Positions 26,701 through 41,200 of a stretch of DNA of 64,000 nucleotides are shown here, piece by piece. The stretch comes from the human T2T-CHM13v2.0 reference genome, Homo sapiens. Numbering within the stretch: position 1 is the first letter of the stretch; every line of letters starts with the position of its first letter. Under the pieces are notes generated by a model that saw nothing but the letters and a program-made list of their open reading frames with translations, ran no database searches and was not told the DNA's origin. The stretch lies in assembly GCF_009914755.1 (NCBI RefSeq), contig NC_060935.1; one strand, given 5' to 3'. A program made the translations under genes and the position numbers.

Positions 26701-27760
26701 ATGCTCTGGAAAGTCTCAGCAATAGAATTTAACAAGTAGAAGAAAGAAATTCAGAGCTCTCAGACAAGGTCTTTGAATTAACCCAATCCAACAAAGAGAA
26801 AAAAGAATAAGAAAATATGAACAAAGCCTCCAAGAAATCTGGGATTATGTTAAATGACCAAACCTAAGAATAATCAGTTTTCTTGTGCAAGAAGAGAAAT
26901 CTAAAAGTTTGGGAAACATATTTGGAGAAATAACTGAGGAAAATTTCCCTGGCCTTGCTAGAGACCTAGACATCCAAACACAAGAAGCACAGAGAGCACC
27001 TGGGAAATTCATTGCAAAAACATCATCATCTAGGCACATTGTGATCAGGTTATATAAATTTAAGATGAAGAAAAGAATCTTAAGCACTGTGAGACAAAAG
27101 CACCAGGTAACCTGTAAAAAAACAACAACAACAAAAAAAACCTATCAGATTAACAACAGATTTCTCAGCAGAAACCCTACAAGCTAGAAGAAATTGGGGC
27201 CCTATATTCAGCCTCAAACAAAACAATTATCAGCCAAGAATTTTGTATCCAGAAAAATTAAGCTTCATATATGAAGAAAAGATACAGTCTTTTTCAGACA
27301 AACAAATGCTCAGAGAATTCAGCACTACCAAGCCACCACTACAGGAACTGCTAAAAGGACCTCTAAATCTTGAAACAAATCCTGGAAACACATTAAAAAC
27401 ACAACTTCTTTAAAGCATAAATCTCACAGGACCTATAAAACAAAAACACAATTTAAAAAACAAACACAAAAACAAACAAACAAACAAAAAAAAAACAAGC
27501 TTTACAGGCAACAAACAGTATGATGAATAGAATGGTACCTCACATCTCAATACTAACACTGAATGTAAATGGCCTATATGCTCCACTTAAAAGATACAGA
27601 ATTGCAGAATGGATAAGAATTCACCAACCAACTATCTGCTACCTTCAAGAGACTCATCTATCACATAAGGACTCATATAAACTTAAGGTAAAGGGGTGGA
27701 AAAAGACATTTCATGCAAATGGACACCAAAAGCAAGCAGGAAGCAAGAATAGCTATTCTT

Positions 27761-28134
<374 letters not shown>

Positions 28135-30524
28135 TAATGATAAAAGGCCTTGTCCAACAGGAAAAATCACAATTCTAAACATATATGCACCTAACACTGA
28201 AGCTCCCAAATTTATAAACAATTACTAATAGACCTAAGAAATGAGATAGACAGAAACACAATAGTCGTGGGGGACTTAAATCTCCACTAACAGCACTAGA
28301 CAGATCATCAAGACAGAAAGTCAACAAAGAAACAATAGATTTAAACTATACCCTGGAACAAATGGACTTAACAGATATATACAGAACATTCCATCCAAAA
28401 ACCATGGAATATACATTCTATTCAACAGCACATGGAACTTCCTCCAAGATAGACCATATGATAGGCCATGAAACAAGCCTCAATAAATTTAAGAAAATTG
28501 AAATTATATCAAGCGCTCTCTCAGACCACAGTGAAATAAAACTGGAAATCAACTCCAAAAGGAACCTTCAAAACCATGCAAATACAAGGAAATTAAATAA
28601 TCTGCTTCTGAATGATCATTGGGTCACAAAAATGAAATCAAGATGAAAATTTAAAAATTCTTCAAACTGAACAATAATACTGACGCAGCCTATCAAAACC
28701 TCTGGGATTCAGCCAAGGCGGTGCTAACAGGAAAGTTCATAGCCCTAAACGCCTACATCAAAAAGTGTGAAAGAGCACAAACACATAATCTAAGGTCACA
28801 CCTCAAGGAACTAGAAAAACAAGAACAAACCAAACCCAAATGAAGAAGAAGAAAGAAAATAACCAACATCAGAGCAGAACTAAATGAAATTGAAACAAAA
28901 AAAATACATAAGATAAATGAAATGAAAAGCTGGTTATTTGAAAAGATAAATAAAACTGATAGACGATTAGCAAGATTAACCAAGAAAAGAAGAGAGAAAA
29001 TCTAAATAAGCTCAATAAGAAATGAAATGGGAGATATTACAATGGAGACCACAGAAATACAAAAGATCATTCAAGGCTACTATGAACACCTTTACATGCA
29101 TAAACTAGAAAACCTAGAGGAGATGGATAAATTCCTGGAAAGATACAACCCTCTTATCTTAAATTAGGAAGAATTAGATACCCTGAACAGACCAATTACA
29201 AGCAGCGAGATTGAAACTGTAATTTAAAAATTACCAACAAAAAAAAGTCCAGGACCAGATGGATTCACAGCACAATTCTACCAGATATTCAAAGAAGAAT
29301 TGGTACCAATTCTATTGACACTATTCCACAAAAGAGAGAGAGGGAACCCTCCCTAATTCATTCTATGATGCCAATATCACCCTAATACCAAAACCAGGAA
29401 AGAACATAACCAAAAAAGAAAACTGTAGACCCATATCCCTGATGAACATAGATGCTAACATCCTTAACAAAATACTAGCTAACCAAATCCAATGACATAC
29501 CCAAAAGATAATCCACCATGATTAAGTGGGTTTCATACTAGGGATATAGAGATTGTTTAACATACAGAAGTCAATAAATGTGAGACACCACATAAACAGA
29601 ATTAAAAACAAAAATCACATGATCATTTCATTAGATGCAAAAAAAGCGTGCAATGAAATCCAGTATACCTTTATGATTAAAACTGTCAGCAAAATCAGCA
29701 AACAAGGGACATATCTCAATGTAATCAAAGCCATCTATGACAAACCCACAGCCAACATAATATTGAACAGGGAAAATTTGAAAGCATTCCCTCTGAGAAC
29801 CGGAACAAAACAAGGATGCCCACTCTCACCACTCCTCTTCAACACAGTACTGGAAGTCCTAGCCAGAGCAATCAGACAAGAGAAAGAAATAAAGGACATC
29901 CAAAATGATAAAGAGGAAGTCAAACTGTTGGTGTTTGCTGATAATATGGTTGTTTACCTAGGAAACCTTAAAGACTCATCCAGAAAGCTCCTAGAACTGA
30001 TAAAAGAATTCAGCAAAGTTTCTGGATACAAAATTAATGTACACAAATCAGTAGCTCTTCTATATAACAACAGCATCCAAGCTGAGAATCAAATCAATAA
30101 CTCAACCTCTTTTACAGTAGCTGCAAAAAATAAAATAAAATAAAATGCTTAGGAATATACCTAACCAAGGAGGTGAAAGGCTTCTACAAGGAAAACTACA
30201 AAACACTGCTGAAAAAAATCATAGTTGAAATAAATGGAAACACATCCCATTCTCATGGATTGGTAGAATCAATATTGTGAAAACAACCATACTGCCAAAA
30301 GCAATCTACAAATTCAACACAATTCCCATCAAAATACCACCACCATTCTTCACAGAATTAGAAAAAACAATTCTAAAATTCATATGGAACCATAAAAGAG
30401 ACCTCATATCCAAAGCAAGACTGAACAAACAGAACAATTTTGAAGGCATCACATTACCAGATTTCAAACTATACTATAAGGCCACAGTCACCAAAACAGC
30501 ATGGCACTGGCATTAAAAAATAGG

Positions 30525-31593
30525 TATAGGCATGGGCAAAGACTTCAAGACTAAAACACTAAAAGCAAAGGCAACAAAAGCCAAAACTGACAAATGGGAT
30601 CTAATTAAGCTAAAGAGCTCTGCACAGCAAAAGAAACTATCACCAGAGTGAACAGACAAACTACAGAATGGGAGAAAATTTTTGCAATCTATCCATCTGA
30701 CAAAGGGCTAATATCCAGAATCTACAAATAACTTAAACAAATTTACAAGAAAAAAAACCCCATCAAAAAGCAGGCAAAGGATATGAACAGACACTTCTCA
30801 AAAGAAGACATTTATGCAGCCAACACACATATGAAAAAAAGCCCATCATTAGAGAAATGCAAATCAAAACCACGATGAGATACCATCTCATGCCAATTAG
30901 AATGGTGATCATTAAAAAGTCAGGAAATGATAGATGCTGGAGAGAATGTGGAGAAATAGGAACACTTTTACACTGTTGGTGGGAGTGTAAATTAGTTCAA
31001 CCATTGTGGAAGACAGTGCGGTGATTCCTCAAGGATCTAGAACCAGAAATACCATTTGACCCAGCAATCCCATTACTGGGTATATATCCAAGGACTATAA
31101 ATCATGCTACTATAAAGACACATGAACATGTATGTTTATTGAGGCACTATAGCAAAGACTTGGAACCAACCCAAATGCCCATCAATGATAGACTGGATTA
31201 AGAAAATATGGCACATATACACCATGGAATACTACGCAGCCATAAAAAGGATGAGTTCATGTCCTTTGCAGGGACATGGATGAAGCTGGAAACCAGCATT
31301 CTCAGCAAACTAACACAAGAACAGAAAACCAAACACCACATGTTCTCACTCATAAGTGGGAGTTGAAAAATGAGAACACATGGACACAGGGAGGGGAATA
31401 TCACACACGAGGGCCTGTCAGGGGGTGGAGGGCTAGGGGAGGGATAGCATGAAGAGAAATACCTAATGTAGATAACGGGTTGATGGGTGCAGCAAACCAC
31501 AATGGCATGTGTATACCAATGTAACAAACCTGCAGATTCTGCACATGTACCCCAGGACTTAAAGGATAATAAAAAATAAAAAATAAAATAAAA
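30525..31593 (+). mobile_element. 5'-truncated L1PA (PA7-like) nested in L1PB ORF2
   Basis: Jumps to ataggcatgggcaaagacttc; own 3' UTR and A-tail; host resumes at ataggcacatagaccaa (~31615). Confidence 0.92.
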
Positions 31594-32593
31594 CCCAAAG
31601 CTTATAGGAAAAGATAGGCACATAGACCAATAGAACAGAATAGAGAACCAAGAAATAAACCCAAATACTTACAGCCAACTGATCTTCGACAAAGCAAACA
31701 AAAACATAAAGTGGGGAAAGGACACCCTTTTCAACAAATGGCGCCGGGATATTTGGCTAGTCACATGAAGGAGAATGAAACTGGATCTCCATCTCTCACC
31801 TCATACAAAAATCAACCCAGATGGATTAAGGACTTAAATGTAAGGCCTGAAACTATAAAAATTCTAGAAGACAACATTGGAAAAACCTTTCTAGACCTTG
31901 GCTTAGGCAAGGATTTTATGACCAAGAACTCAAAAGCAAATGCAACAAAAAGATAAATAGCTGGGTCTTAATATAACTTAATATAACTTTTGCATGGCAA
32001 AAGTCAGTCACCATAGTGAACAGACAACCCACAGAGTGGGAGAAAATCTTCACAATCTATACATAAGACAAAGGACTAATATCTGGAATCTACAATGAAC
32101 TCACACAAATCAGCAAAGATAAAAACAAAAATCACATCAAAAAGTGGGCTAAGGACATGAATAGACAATTCTCAAAAGAAGATATACAAATGGCCAACAA
32201 ACATATGAAAAAATGCTCAACATCAGTAATGACCAGGGGAATGCAAATCAAAATAATGCAATACCACCTTACTCCTGAAAAAATGGCCATAATCAAAAAA
32301 TAGTAGATGTTGGCACAGATGTGGTGAACAGGGAACACTTCTACACCGCTGGTGGGAATGTAAAGTAGTACAACCACTATAGAAAACGTTGTGGTAATTC
32401 CTTAAAGAATTAAAAGTAGAATTACCATTTGATCCAGCAATCCCACTACTGGGTATCTACCCAGAGGAAAAGAAGTCATTATATGAAAAACATATTTGCA
32501 CATGCATGTTTATAGCAGCACAATTCACCATTGCAAAAATGTGGAACCAGCCCAAATGCCCATCAATCAACAAGTAGATAAAGAAACTCCGGG

Positions 32594-32628
32594 GTGTGTG
32601 TGTGTGTGTGTGTGTTGTGTGTGTGTGT
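32594..32628 (+). repeat. (TG)n microsatellite
   Basis: Interrupted TG run inside L1PB. Confidence 0.95.
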
Positions 32629-35250
32629 ATGATGGAATACCACTCAGCCATAAAAAGGAATGAATTAATGGTATTTGCAATGACCTGGATGAGATTGGAA
32701 ACTATTATTCTAAGTAAAGTAACTCAGGAATGGAAAGCCAATCATCATATGTTCTCACTCATAAGTGGGAGCTAAGCTATGAGAATGCAAAGGTATAAGA
32801 ATGACACAATGGACTTTGGGGACTCAGGGAGAAAGGGTGGGAAGGGGGGTGAGGGATAAAAGACTACCAATAGGGTGCAGTGTATACTGTTCAGGTGATG
32901 GGTGCAGCAAAATCTCACAAATCACCACTAAGGAACTTAACCATGTAACGAAACACCACCTGTTCCCCAGTAACCTATGGAAATAAAAAATTTAAAAACA
33001 AACAAAATTAAAAATCCTTTCATGATGAAAAATCTCAACAAATTATATGCCGAAAGAAGCTGATTCAACACAATAAAGGCTACAAATTAAAAACCCATAG
33101 TTAACATCTTGCTCAATGATGAAAGCTTTTTCCCCAAGATCTGAAACAAGTCAAGGATGCCAACTCTCACTGCTTCTACTCAACATGATACTGAAAGCCT
33201 TAACCAGAGTAATTAAGGAAGAAAAAGAAATAAAATGCATCTAAATAAGAAATAAAAAAGTAAAATGATCTGTTTGCAGATATAATGTTATATGCAGAAA
33301 ACCCTTACAATTTCACAAAAATAATTGTTACAACTAATAAATGAAATCAGCAAAGTTTCAGGATACAAAATCAATACACAAAAATCAGTTCCATTTATAT
33401 ATACTAACAACAAATTATCCAAAAAATTAAGAAAATCTATTTTTCACCCAATTCATTCATCCCCTTGGTTAAGTTTATTCACAAGTATTTTTATTTGATA
33501 TAACAGCATCAAAAAATACTTATGAATAAATTTAACAAAGGACGTGAAAGAATTGTACATTGAAAACTATGAAGCACTGATAAAATAAGTAGCCACAAAC
33601 AAATGAAATGACATCTATTTTAAAAAGTAATCCAACAAAATATAAAAATAATAATTCCTCATGACCAAGTGAGGTGTACCCAGAAATGTAGAGTTGATTT
33701 AACATTAGAAAATCAACCAATGTTCCAAGCATGGCTGCATTTTAAATTTTTTAAAAATATATCTAAAGAAAAGAAAATCAAGCAATGTAATCTACCATAT
33801 AAACTAACATAAATAAAAAAAACTGTTTAATCATCTTTACAGATGCAGAAAAAAACATTAGGGAAAATACAACATTCATACCTCATAAACTCTCTTAGAA
33901 AACTAGGACTATAAAAGAACTTTCTCAACTTGATGAAGGCCATCTATGAATCACTAACAGTTTATATCATAATTAATGGTGGGAGATTGAATGCTTTCCC
34001 CCTGTGACCACGAACAAGACAAGTCAAGGACTCTTACCATTTATATCCAGTGTTCTACTGGAGTTTCTGGCTGTGCAGTCAGACGAGAAAAAGAAAAGGC
34101 CAGGTTAGAAAGGAGTAAACTGTCTTTATTTGATACATGTTAAGTTTATGTATAAAATTAAATATAATCTAAAAAGAAGCTACTAGATTTAATAAGTGAA
34201 TTTATTAAGGTTTCAGGATCCAAGAGCAATATATAAATATCGAATATATTTCTTTTTTTTCTTTCTTTTTATTCATGCCAGAAGACCCTAAATTCAATGT
34301 ATTTCTGTATGCTAGCAACAAACAGTCCAGAATTTAAGCTAAATAAACAAGCCCACTTACAAAAACATAAAAAATACAAGCTACTTATGGGTGAATTTTA
34401 CAAAAGATGCATTAAGACTTGTACGCTGAAAATTAAAAAGCATTGCTAAGAAATTTTAAACTATTTAAATAAAGTGACACAACATGTTCCTGAATTGGAA
34501 GATTAAATATTAAGACACTGATTCTTCTCAAAATGATCTTTAGATGCAATACAATGTTGAATCTAAAAATTTACAAGCTGATTCAAAACTTTATATGCAA
34601 ATACAAAGAAACTAAAATAACCAAAATGATTCTGAAAACAAACTTGAAGAGCTTGCACTACTTCATTTCAAAATTATCATGAAGCTACACTGATTAAAAC
34701 GGTGTGGTATTGACGCAAAGATGACCAAATCAATCAATGGAACAGATTACAGACCCCAGATGTGGACTCACACATATATGGTCAATTAATTTTCAACAAA
34801 GTTGGCAAGGTATTTTAATGAAAAAAAATAAAATTTCTACCCATTTTGCAAGAACTGTAGCTGGTATGGATTCTAATCTCACACTTCACGCACAAAATTT
34901 ACCTAAAAACATATCACAGAATTAAATATAAGAGCTAAAACTATAAAATTTCTAGAATAAGACATGGGAGAAAATATTACTTACCTCAGGCTTGGCAAAG
35001 ATTTCTTAAATATGACACAAAAGCACAAATTATAAAAGGAAAATATCAATAAACTGGATTTCATTAAAATTAAAAATGTACTTTAACAGACACTGTCAAG
35101 AAAATGAAAAGACACAGACTGGGAGAAAGTATCTGTACAACATGTATTCAACAAAAGACGTGTATCTAGAATATATAAATAAATTTTACAGCTTAAAAGA
35201 AACGAACTACCTGATTCTAAAATATGGGCAAAAGATTTTAAACAGATACT

Positions 35251-38200
35251 AGCAGATGGGAGGCATTGTTAGCATGCCTGTCCCACTTGGAAAGACAAAA
35301 TAGTGAGTAGAAATTCACCTGTGAACTTTTTTCCAAGAAGCAACACAGGAACTTAACAGAAAACTGAAAGAAACATCAGACCCTTTGAAACAAATGGCCG
35401 GCAGCAGCCTACATGGTAAAACAAACTGAAAACTGTGAGTCTTCATAGCATGAGACAGGGAGAAACTGCCAAGGCAACACACACTTGAACAGGGGAGCCA
35501 AGCCATCCAGGCCAGGGGAAGGTCTTGACCCTCTCCAACGCAGGAGCTGATGTAGGGAGTGATGGGGAGTATACGAGAAGGAGCGGCATTGGGATGTGCT
35601 TTATATGCCCTCGCGGACTCCATCAGGGATGCAAGGAAGCCATTCCTGATCCTGCTTCACAGGGTACCTTGCAGAAGTCTGCCAGCTAACTCAGGTAGTG
35701 ATCATAGGTTGAGAGAAGCCCCTAATTGGAATTTGAAATACAACCTTTAGTGGGGATGAGCCCCATTGGCCAGAACTGAGGCATAAGAAGGACACGTGCT
35801 ACAGCCATGGGCGCAGGAGCTGGATACTCCTGCTTCACTGGCAGACAAGGAGGGGCATGGCCTGAGAGCAATGGTTTCTGTCTCCCTCAGGAAGGCTTAT
35901 GGCCTGGAGCAGTTTTGAGTTCTGAGCACAGGCTGCCTCGAACCTAGCTAGCTGCTATTAGCAGAACACTGGAATGTGAGATCAGCCTTGCCAAGTGTAT
36001 GGGAGCTGAGTGGGGCTTACTGCTGCCTGCCACTCCCTACTCCCCATGTAGATTCTTTTGTGTGACGCAAAGGCAGCTGCGCTCCTCCCTGGAACGTTAC
36101 CACGGTGGAAAGGCAAATGATCTCTGATCCCCATTGGGGCCACTACTTGTGCCCACATGTGGGGAGCCAGAGCACAAAGAGCACAAACATAGCGGACCTA
36201 GCTTCCACTGGCTTTCACTCTCAACCTACCCTGGTAGCATAACATAATGAACAGGGACATTTGGTACTGTCACATTCCCTCCCACTGCCTGAAACACCAG
36301 ATCACCTCCCCTGGGTAACATAAGGTAAGCACAGATTCCACCGCTCTCACCACAGCTGGTGCTCTTTTGCAAGTGCCACCTACTGGCTGGAGGCCAACTG
36401 GCACAGCCCATTATATCATCTGCAAGCACAATAATACAGCACTCAGGAAGGAGAAAGCTTTTGCACCACCTCAGCTATTAGCATTGCTTTCATCACCCTG
36501 GCTAACCAGGAGGTCATGAGTCTGTCCACATGCCCAATACATTACTGCTACAGCTGGCACTTAAGAAAGCCAACACACTAAGGGTATTTATAACAAAGGA
36601 AATCTCAGTGTCAACATCATTCCCATCCCACCCTCATCAGAGCTGGTGCTGGTACCCACTGCTGGGAGCCTAGAGGACAGATCAGATCACATCACTGGAT
36701 CCCTTACAGACATTCCCCAGCACCAGCCTACAGTGTTGCAGCCCCACCAGATGGCTAGACCAAGAGGGGGAGCAGGATTAGTAGTAGGCTGGCCCTCAGG
36801 GATAGTCACTCCTAAGGAAGGGTGAGGACAACACATTAAGGGAACACCCTGTGGGACGAAAGAAACCAGACTGCAGGCCTTGAGTCCAGGCATTTTCCAC
36901 TTATGAGAAGTTTCTTTCAGATGAGGCATAGGCCCAAAGTTGTGCTCAGTAAGGAAAGTCTGCAACTCTTCATCAATAGTCAGGCATCCCTGGTGCTCAT
37001 GAAGAGTCTTGGAGAAGGAGACTTTTTCTCCCCCTTGCCCACCACTGCAGATGCAGCTGGGGCTTCTCCTAGAGAGCTTGGCATGGGTGCATCTATAGGC
37101 AGCCTTTTGGGAACACTTCAGAGTAACTGCATAACCACAGGAGGTGTGCCCCCCAGGTCCAGGCTAGCATGAGAGTTAGAGTTACAATCCCTCTCGCATG
37201 GAACGTTAGCATTCCTGCAGATGAATGGAGGTGCCTGTCTGATCTGAATAGCCAGAACACCAGGTCTGGAGTGTTACTGGGAGGTGGATCACTTTCCTGC
37301 TGGCCTGGAAGGAGATCTGTGGTAGCCCCTGAAAACACCTCAGTGCATTTTACTGAGAGCTTCCCTAGCCACCTCCGTCAAAGCTGGGACCTCTGCCCAC
37401 CATTGGGGTATTGCATTTACCCACCTGCTTTAGCCACAGCTAGTTTTTAGCTAAGCTACATGACATAAGCTTCGTGAGACCTCCGCCATTCCAGTCCCAA
37501 AGGAGACAGTGAACATGCTCCCACACCTTCTACTACAGCATCTGAGAAAGTCATCACACAAAGATTCACTATAATTAAGTGTATCAGTCTTTTCTCACAC
37601 TGCTATAAAGAAATATCTGAGACTGGGTAATTTATAAAGAAAAGAGGTTTATTGGCTTATGGTTCTGCAGGCTCTACAGGAAGCATGGCTAGGGAGGCCT
37701 CAGGAAATTTCCAATCATGGCAGAAGACAAAGGGGCAGCAGGCACATCTTACATGGCTGGAGCAGGAGAAAGGGGGAGGGGAGATACCACACTTTTAAAC
37801 AGCCGGATCTCATGAGAACTCTATCACAAGACAGCACTAGGGGGGTAGTGCTAAACCATTAGAAACTGCCCCCATGATCCAATCACCTCCCACCAGGCCC
37901 CATTTCCAACAATGGGGATTGTAATTCTTTGACACGAGACTTGGATGGGAACACAGAGCCAAACTGTATCACAAAGGAATTCATACAGATTCTTCACCAT
38001 TGAAAGTGCTCAGAGCCAAAGATAGGTGACAATAAACAATAAACATTAAAGTCACTTCCTGAAGGGGAAAAAAAGAAATTTTTAAAAATCTAGTTGAATA
38101 AAAAATAAATGCAAAAATGATTAGAATAAATAGTTTACCTAAATTAGAAGAAAATAGAAAAGTAATTCCACCAATATGAAAAAATAGCATCTTATAACAC

Positions 38201-41200
38201 CCCAAAAATCACACTAACTCTCCAGCAAGTGGATACAAGCAATGACAGAATCTTTGAAATACCAGCTAAAGAATCTAAAAGATTGGTTATTAGGTTATTC
38301 AAGAAGATACAAGAGAAAGATGAAAACCAACATAAAGAAATTTTTTGAAAAATTATCTAAAGAGGTAAATGTTTTAAAGAAAACCAATAAGAACTTCTGG
38401 AAATGAAAGACACATTTGGGGAACTACAAAATGCAGTGGGAAGTTTTAACAATAGACTACAACAAGTAGAAGAAAGAATTCCAAAGCTCAAAAACAAGGC
38501 TTTTCAATTAACCCAGTCAGATAAAAATAAAGAAAAAAAAATAAAAGCAATGAGCAAAGTCTCCAAGGAATAAGAGATTATATAAAATACCAAAACTAAG
38601 AATTATAGGTGTTCCTGAGGGAGAAGAAAAAGCAAAAAGTCTGGAAAACCTATTTGGGGGAATAATTGAAGAAAACTTCTCTTTGCTTGCTAGAGATTTA
38701 GGCATACAAATAAAAGAAGGTCAAAGAACTCCTGAAAAACTCATTGCAAAAATGGCATCACTAAGGCATACAGTCATCAGACTATCTAAAGCCAATATGA
38801 AGGAAAGAATTATAAGAGCAGTGAGATAAAAGCATCAGGTAACCTATAAAGGAAAACCTATCAGACTGACAGCAGACTTCTCAGTAGAAACCTTATAAGC
38901 CATAAGGAATTGGGGTCTTATCTTTATACACCTTAAACAGAATAACTGCAGCCAAAAATCTTGTATTCAGCAAAAGTAAGTTTCATAAATAAAGGAGAAA
39001 TAAAGTCATTCTCAGACAAGCAAATGCTGAGGGAATTTGTCCATTCTAGACCAGCCCTACAAGAAATGCTAAAAGGAGTTCCGAATCTTGAAATAAAAGG
39101 TTGATATGCACCTGAATAGAAACTCCTCAAAGCATACAATTCACATGGCTTATCAAAGAGTAACACAATAAAGAAAGTCACTAGGCAACTATCAACACGA
39201 TGGCTGGAATGGTACCTCACATCTCATTGTTAACATTGAATGTAAATGATCTAAATGCTCCATCTATAAATATACACATTGACATAATGGATAAAATATC
39301 ACAAACAAAATATCTGCTGTCCTCAGGAGACACACCTAACATGTAAGGATTTTTATAGATTCAAGGTACAAAGAGGTGGGAAAAGAAATTTCACACAAAT
39401 GAAAACCAAAAGTCGGCAGGGGTAGCTTTTCTCATATCAGATAAAACAGATTTTGAAACAATAATAGAAAAAAAAGACAAAGAAGGTCATTATATAATGA
39501 TAAAAGGAACAATTCAACTAGAAGATATAACAATCCTAAATATGTATGCACCAGAGTTCCCAGATTCATAAAGCAATTACTACTAGACCTATAAAAAGAG
39601 AGCAGCACAATAATAATGAGGGACTTTAATACTCCTCAGATGGCACTAGACAGATCATTGAGGCAGAATATCAACAAACACTGGATTTAAACTGCACTCT
39701 AGAATAAATGAACCTAACAGATATTTACAGAACATTCTACTCAAGAACTGCAGAATGTACATTACTCTCATCAGCACATGAAACATTTGCCAAGATAAAT
39801 CATATTCTAGGCCACAAAACAAGTCTCAATAAATTTGTAAAAGTTGAAATCATATCAAGTATCTTCTCAGACCACAACAGAGTAAAGAACTCCTGAAAAA
39901 AATCAATACCAAAAGGAACCCTCAAAACTATACAAATACATGGAAATTAAATAATCTACTCCTGAGTGGTTTTGGGGTTAATATGAAATCAAGACAGAAA
40001 TTTTAAAAGTTTTCAAAAAACCCAAAGCTAGCAAAAGAAAAGAAATAACAAAGATCAGGGCAGAACTAAGTAAAATTGAGACCACAAAAGATACAAAAGA
40101 TCAATGAAGCAAAAACCTGGTTCTGTGAAACTATAAATAAAATTGATAGACCACTAGTTATATTAAACAAGAAAAGAGAAGAGTCAAATGAGCTCAGTTA
40201 GAAATGGAAATGAAGACACTACAATGTACATCACAAAAATACAATACATAGTAGTCTCATTTGAGACTACTATGAACAATGCGTTTACAAACCAGAAAAG
40301 CTACAGGACATGGATAAATTCCTGGAAACACACAATTCACCTAGTTTGAATAAAGAATAAATAGAAATTCTGAACAGACCAATAACATGCAGTGAGGTTG
40401 AATCAGTAATTTTAAAACTGCCAACAACAACCACAAATCCCAGGGCCAGATGGATTCACAGCTGAATTCTATCAGACATTCAAATAATAATTGGTACAAA
40501 TTCTACCAAAACTATTTCAAAATGTTGAGAAGGACAGAATACTCCCTAACTCATCCTACAAAGCAAATATTAACCTGATACCAAAGCCAGGAATGAATAT
40601 TATAAAAAAGAATAAAACTACAAACAAAGATCCCTAGTGAATATAGATGTAAAAATCCTCAACAAAATATGAGCAAACTGAATCCAAGAGCACATAAAAA
40701 AAAAATTCACCATGATCAAGTGGGTTTCATTCCAGGGATGCAAACATGGTTCAACAAGCAAGTCAATAAATGTAATTCATCATATAAGCAGAATTGAAAA
40801 AAACATATGATCATCTCAATAGGTGCAGAGAAAGCATTTGATAAAATTCAGCACTACTTTATGATAAAAACCCTCAACAAGCTAGCCATAAAAGGGACTT
40901 ACCTCAAAATAATAAAAGCCACATATGACAAAACTACAGCCAACATCATAATAAATGCGGAAAAGTTAAAAGCATTCCCCTTAAGAACTAGAACAAGACA
41001 AGGATGACCCCTTTCACCAATTCTATTCGACATAGTACTAGAAGTTCTAGTCAGAGCAATTAGGCAAAAGAAAGAAATAAAGGACATCCAATTGGAGAAG
41101 AGTAAGTCAAACGATCTCTGTTTGCCAATGATATGAACTTATCATTCATATATATCTAAAAAATATATATGAATAAATTCATATATATCTAAAAAATCCT

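Noticed and set aside
29553-30143. 196-aa ORF with reverse-transcriptase motifs
   Set aside because: Fragment of decayed L1PB ORF2 (FADD>FADN, flanked by stops); not a host gene or novel RT system.
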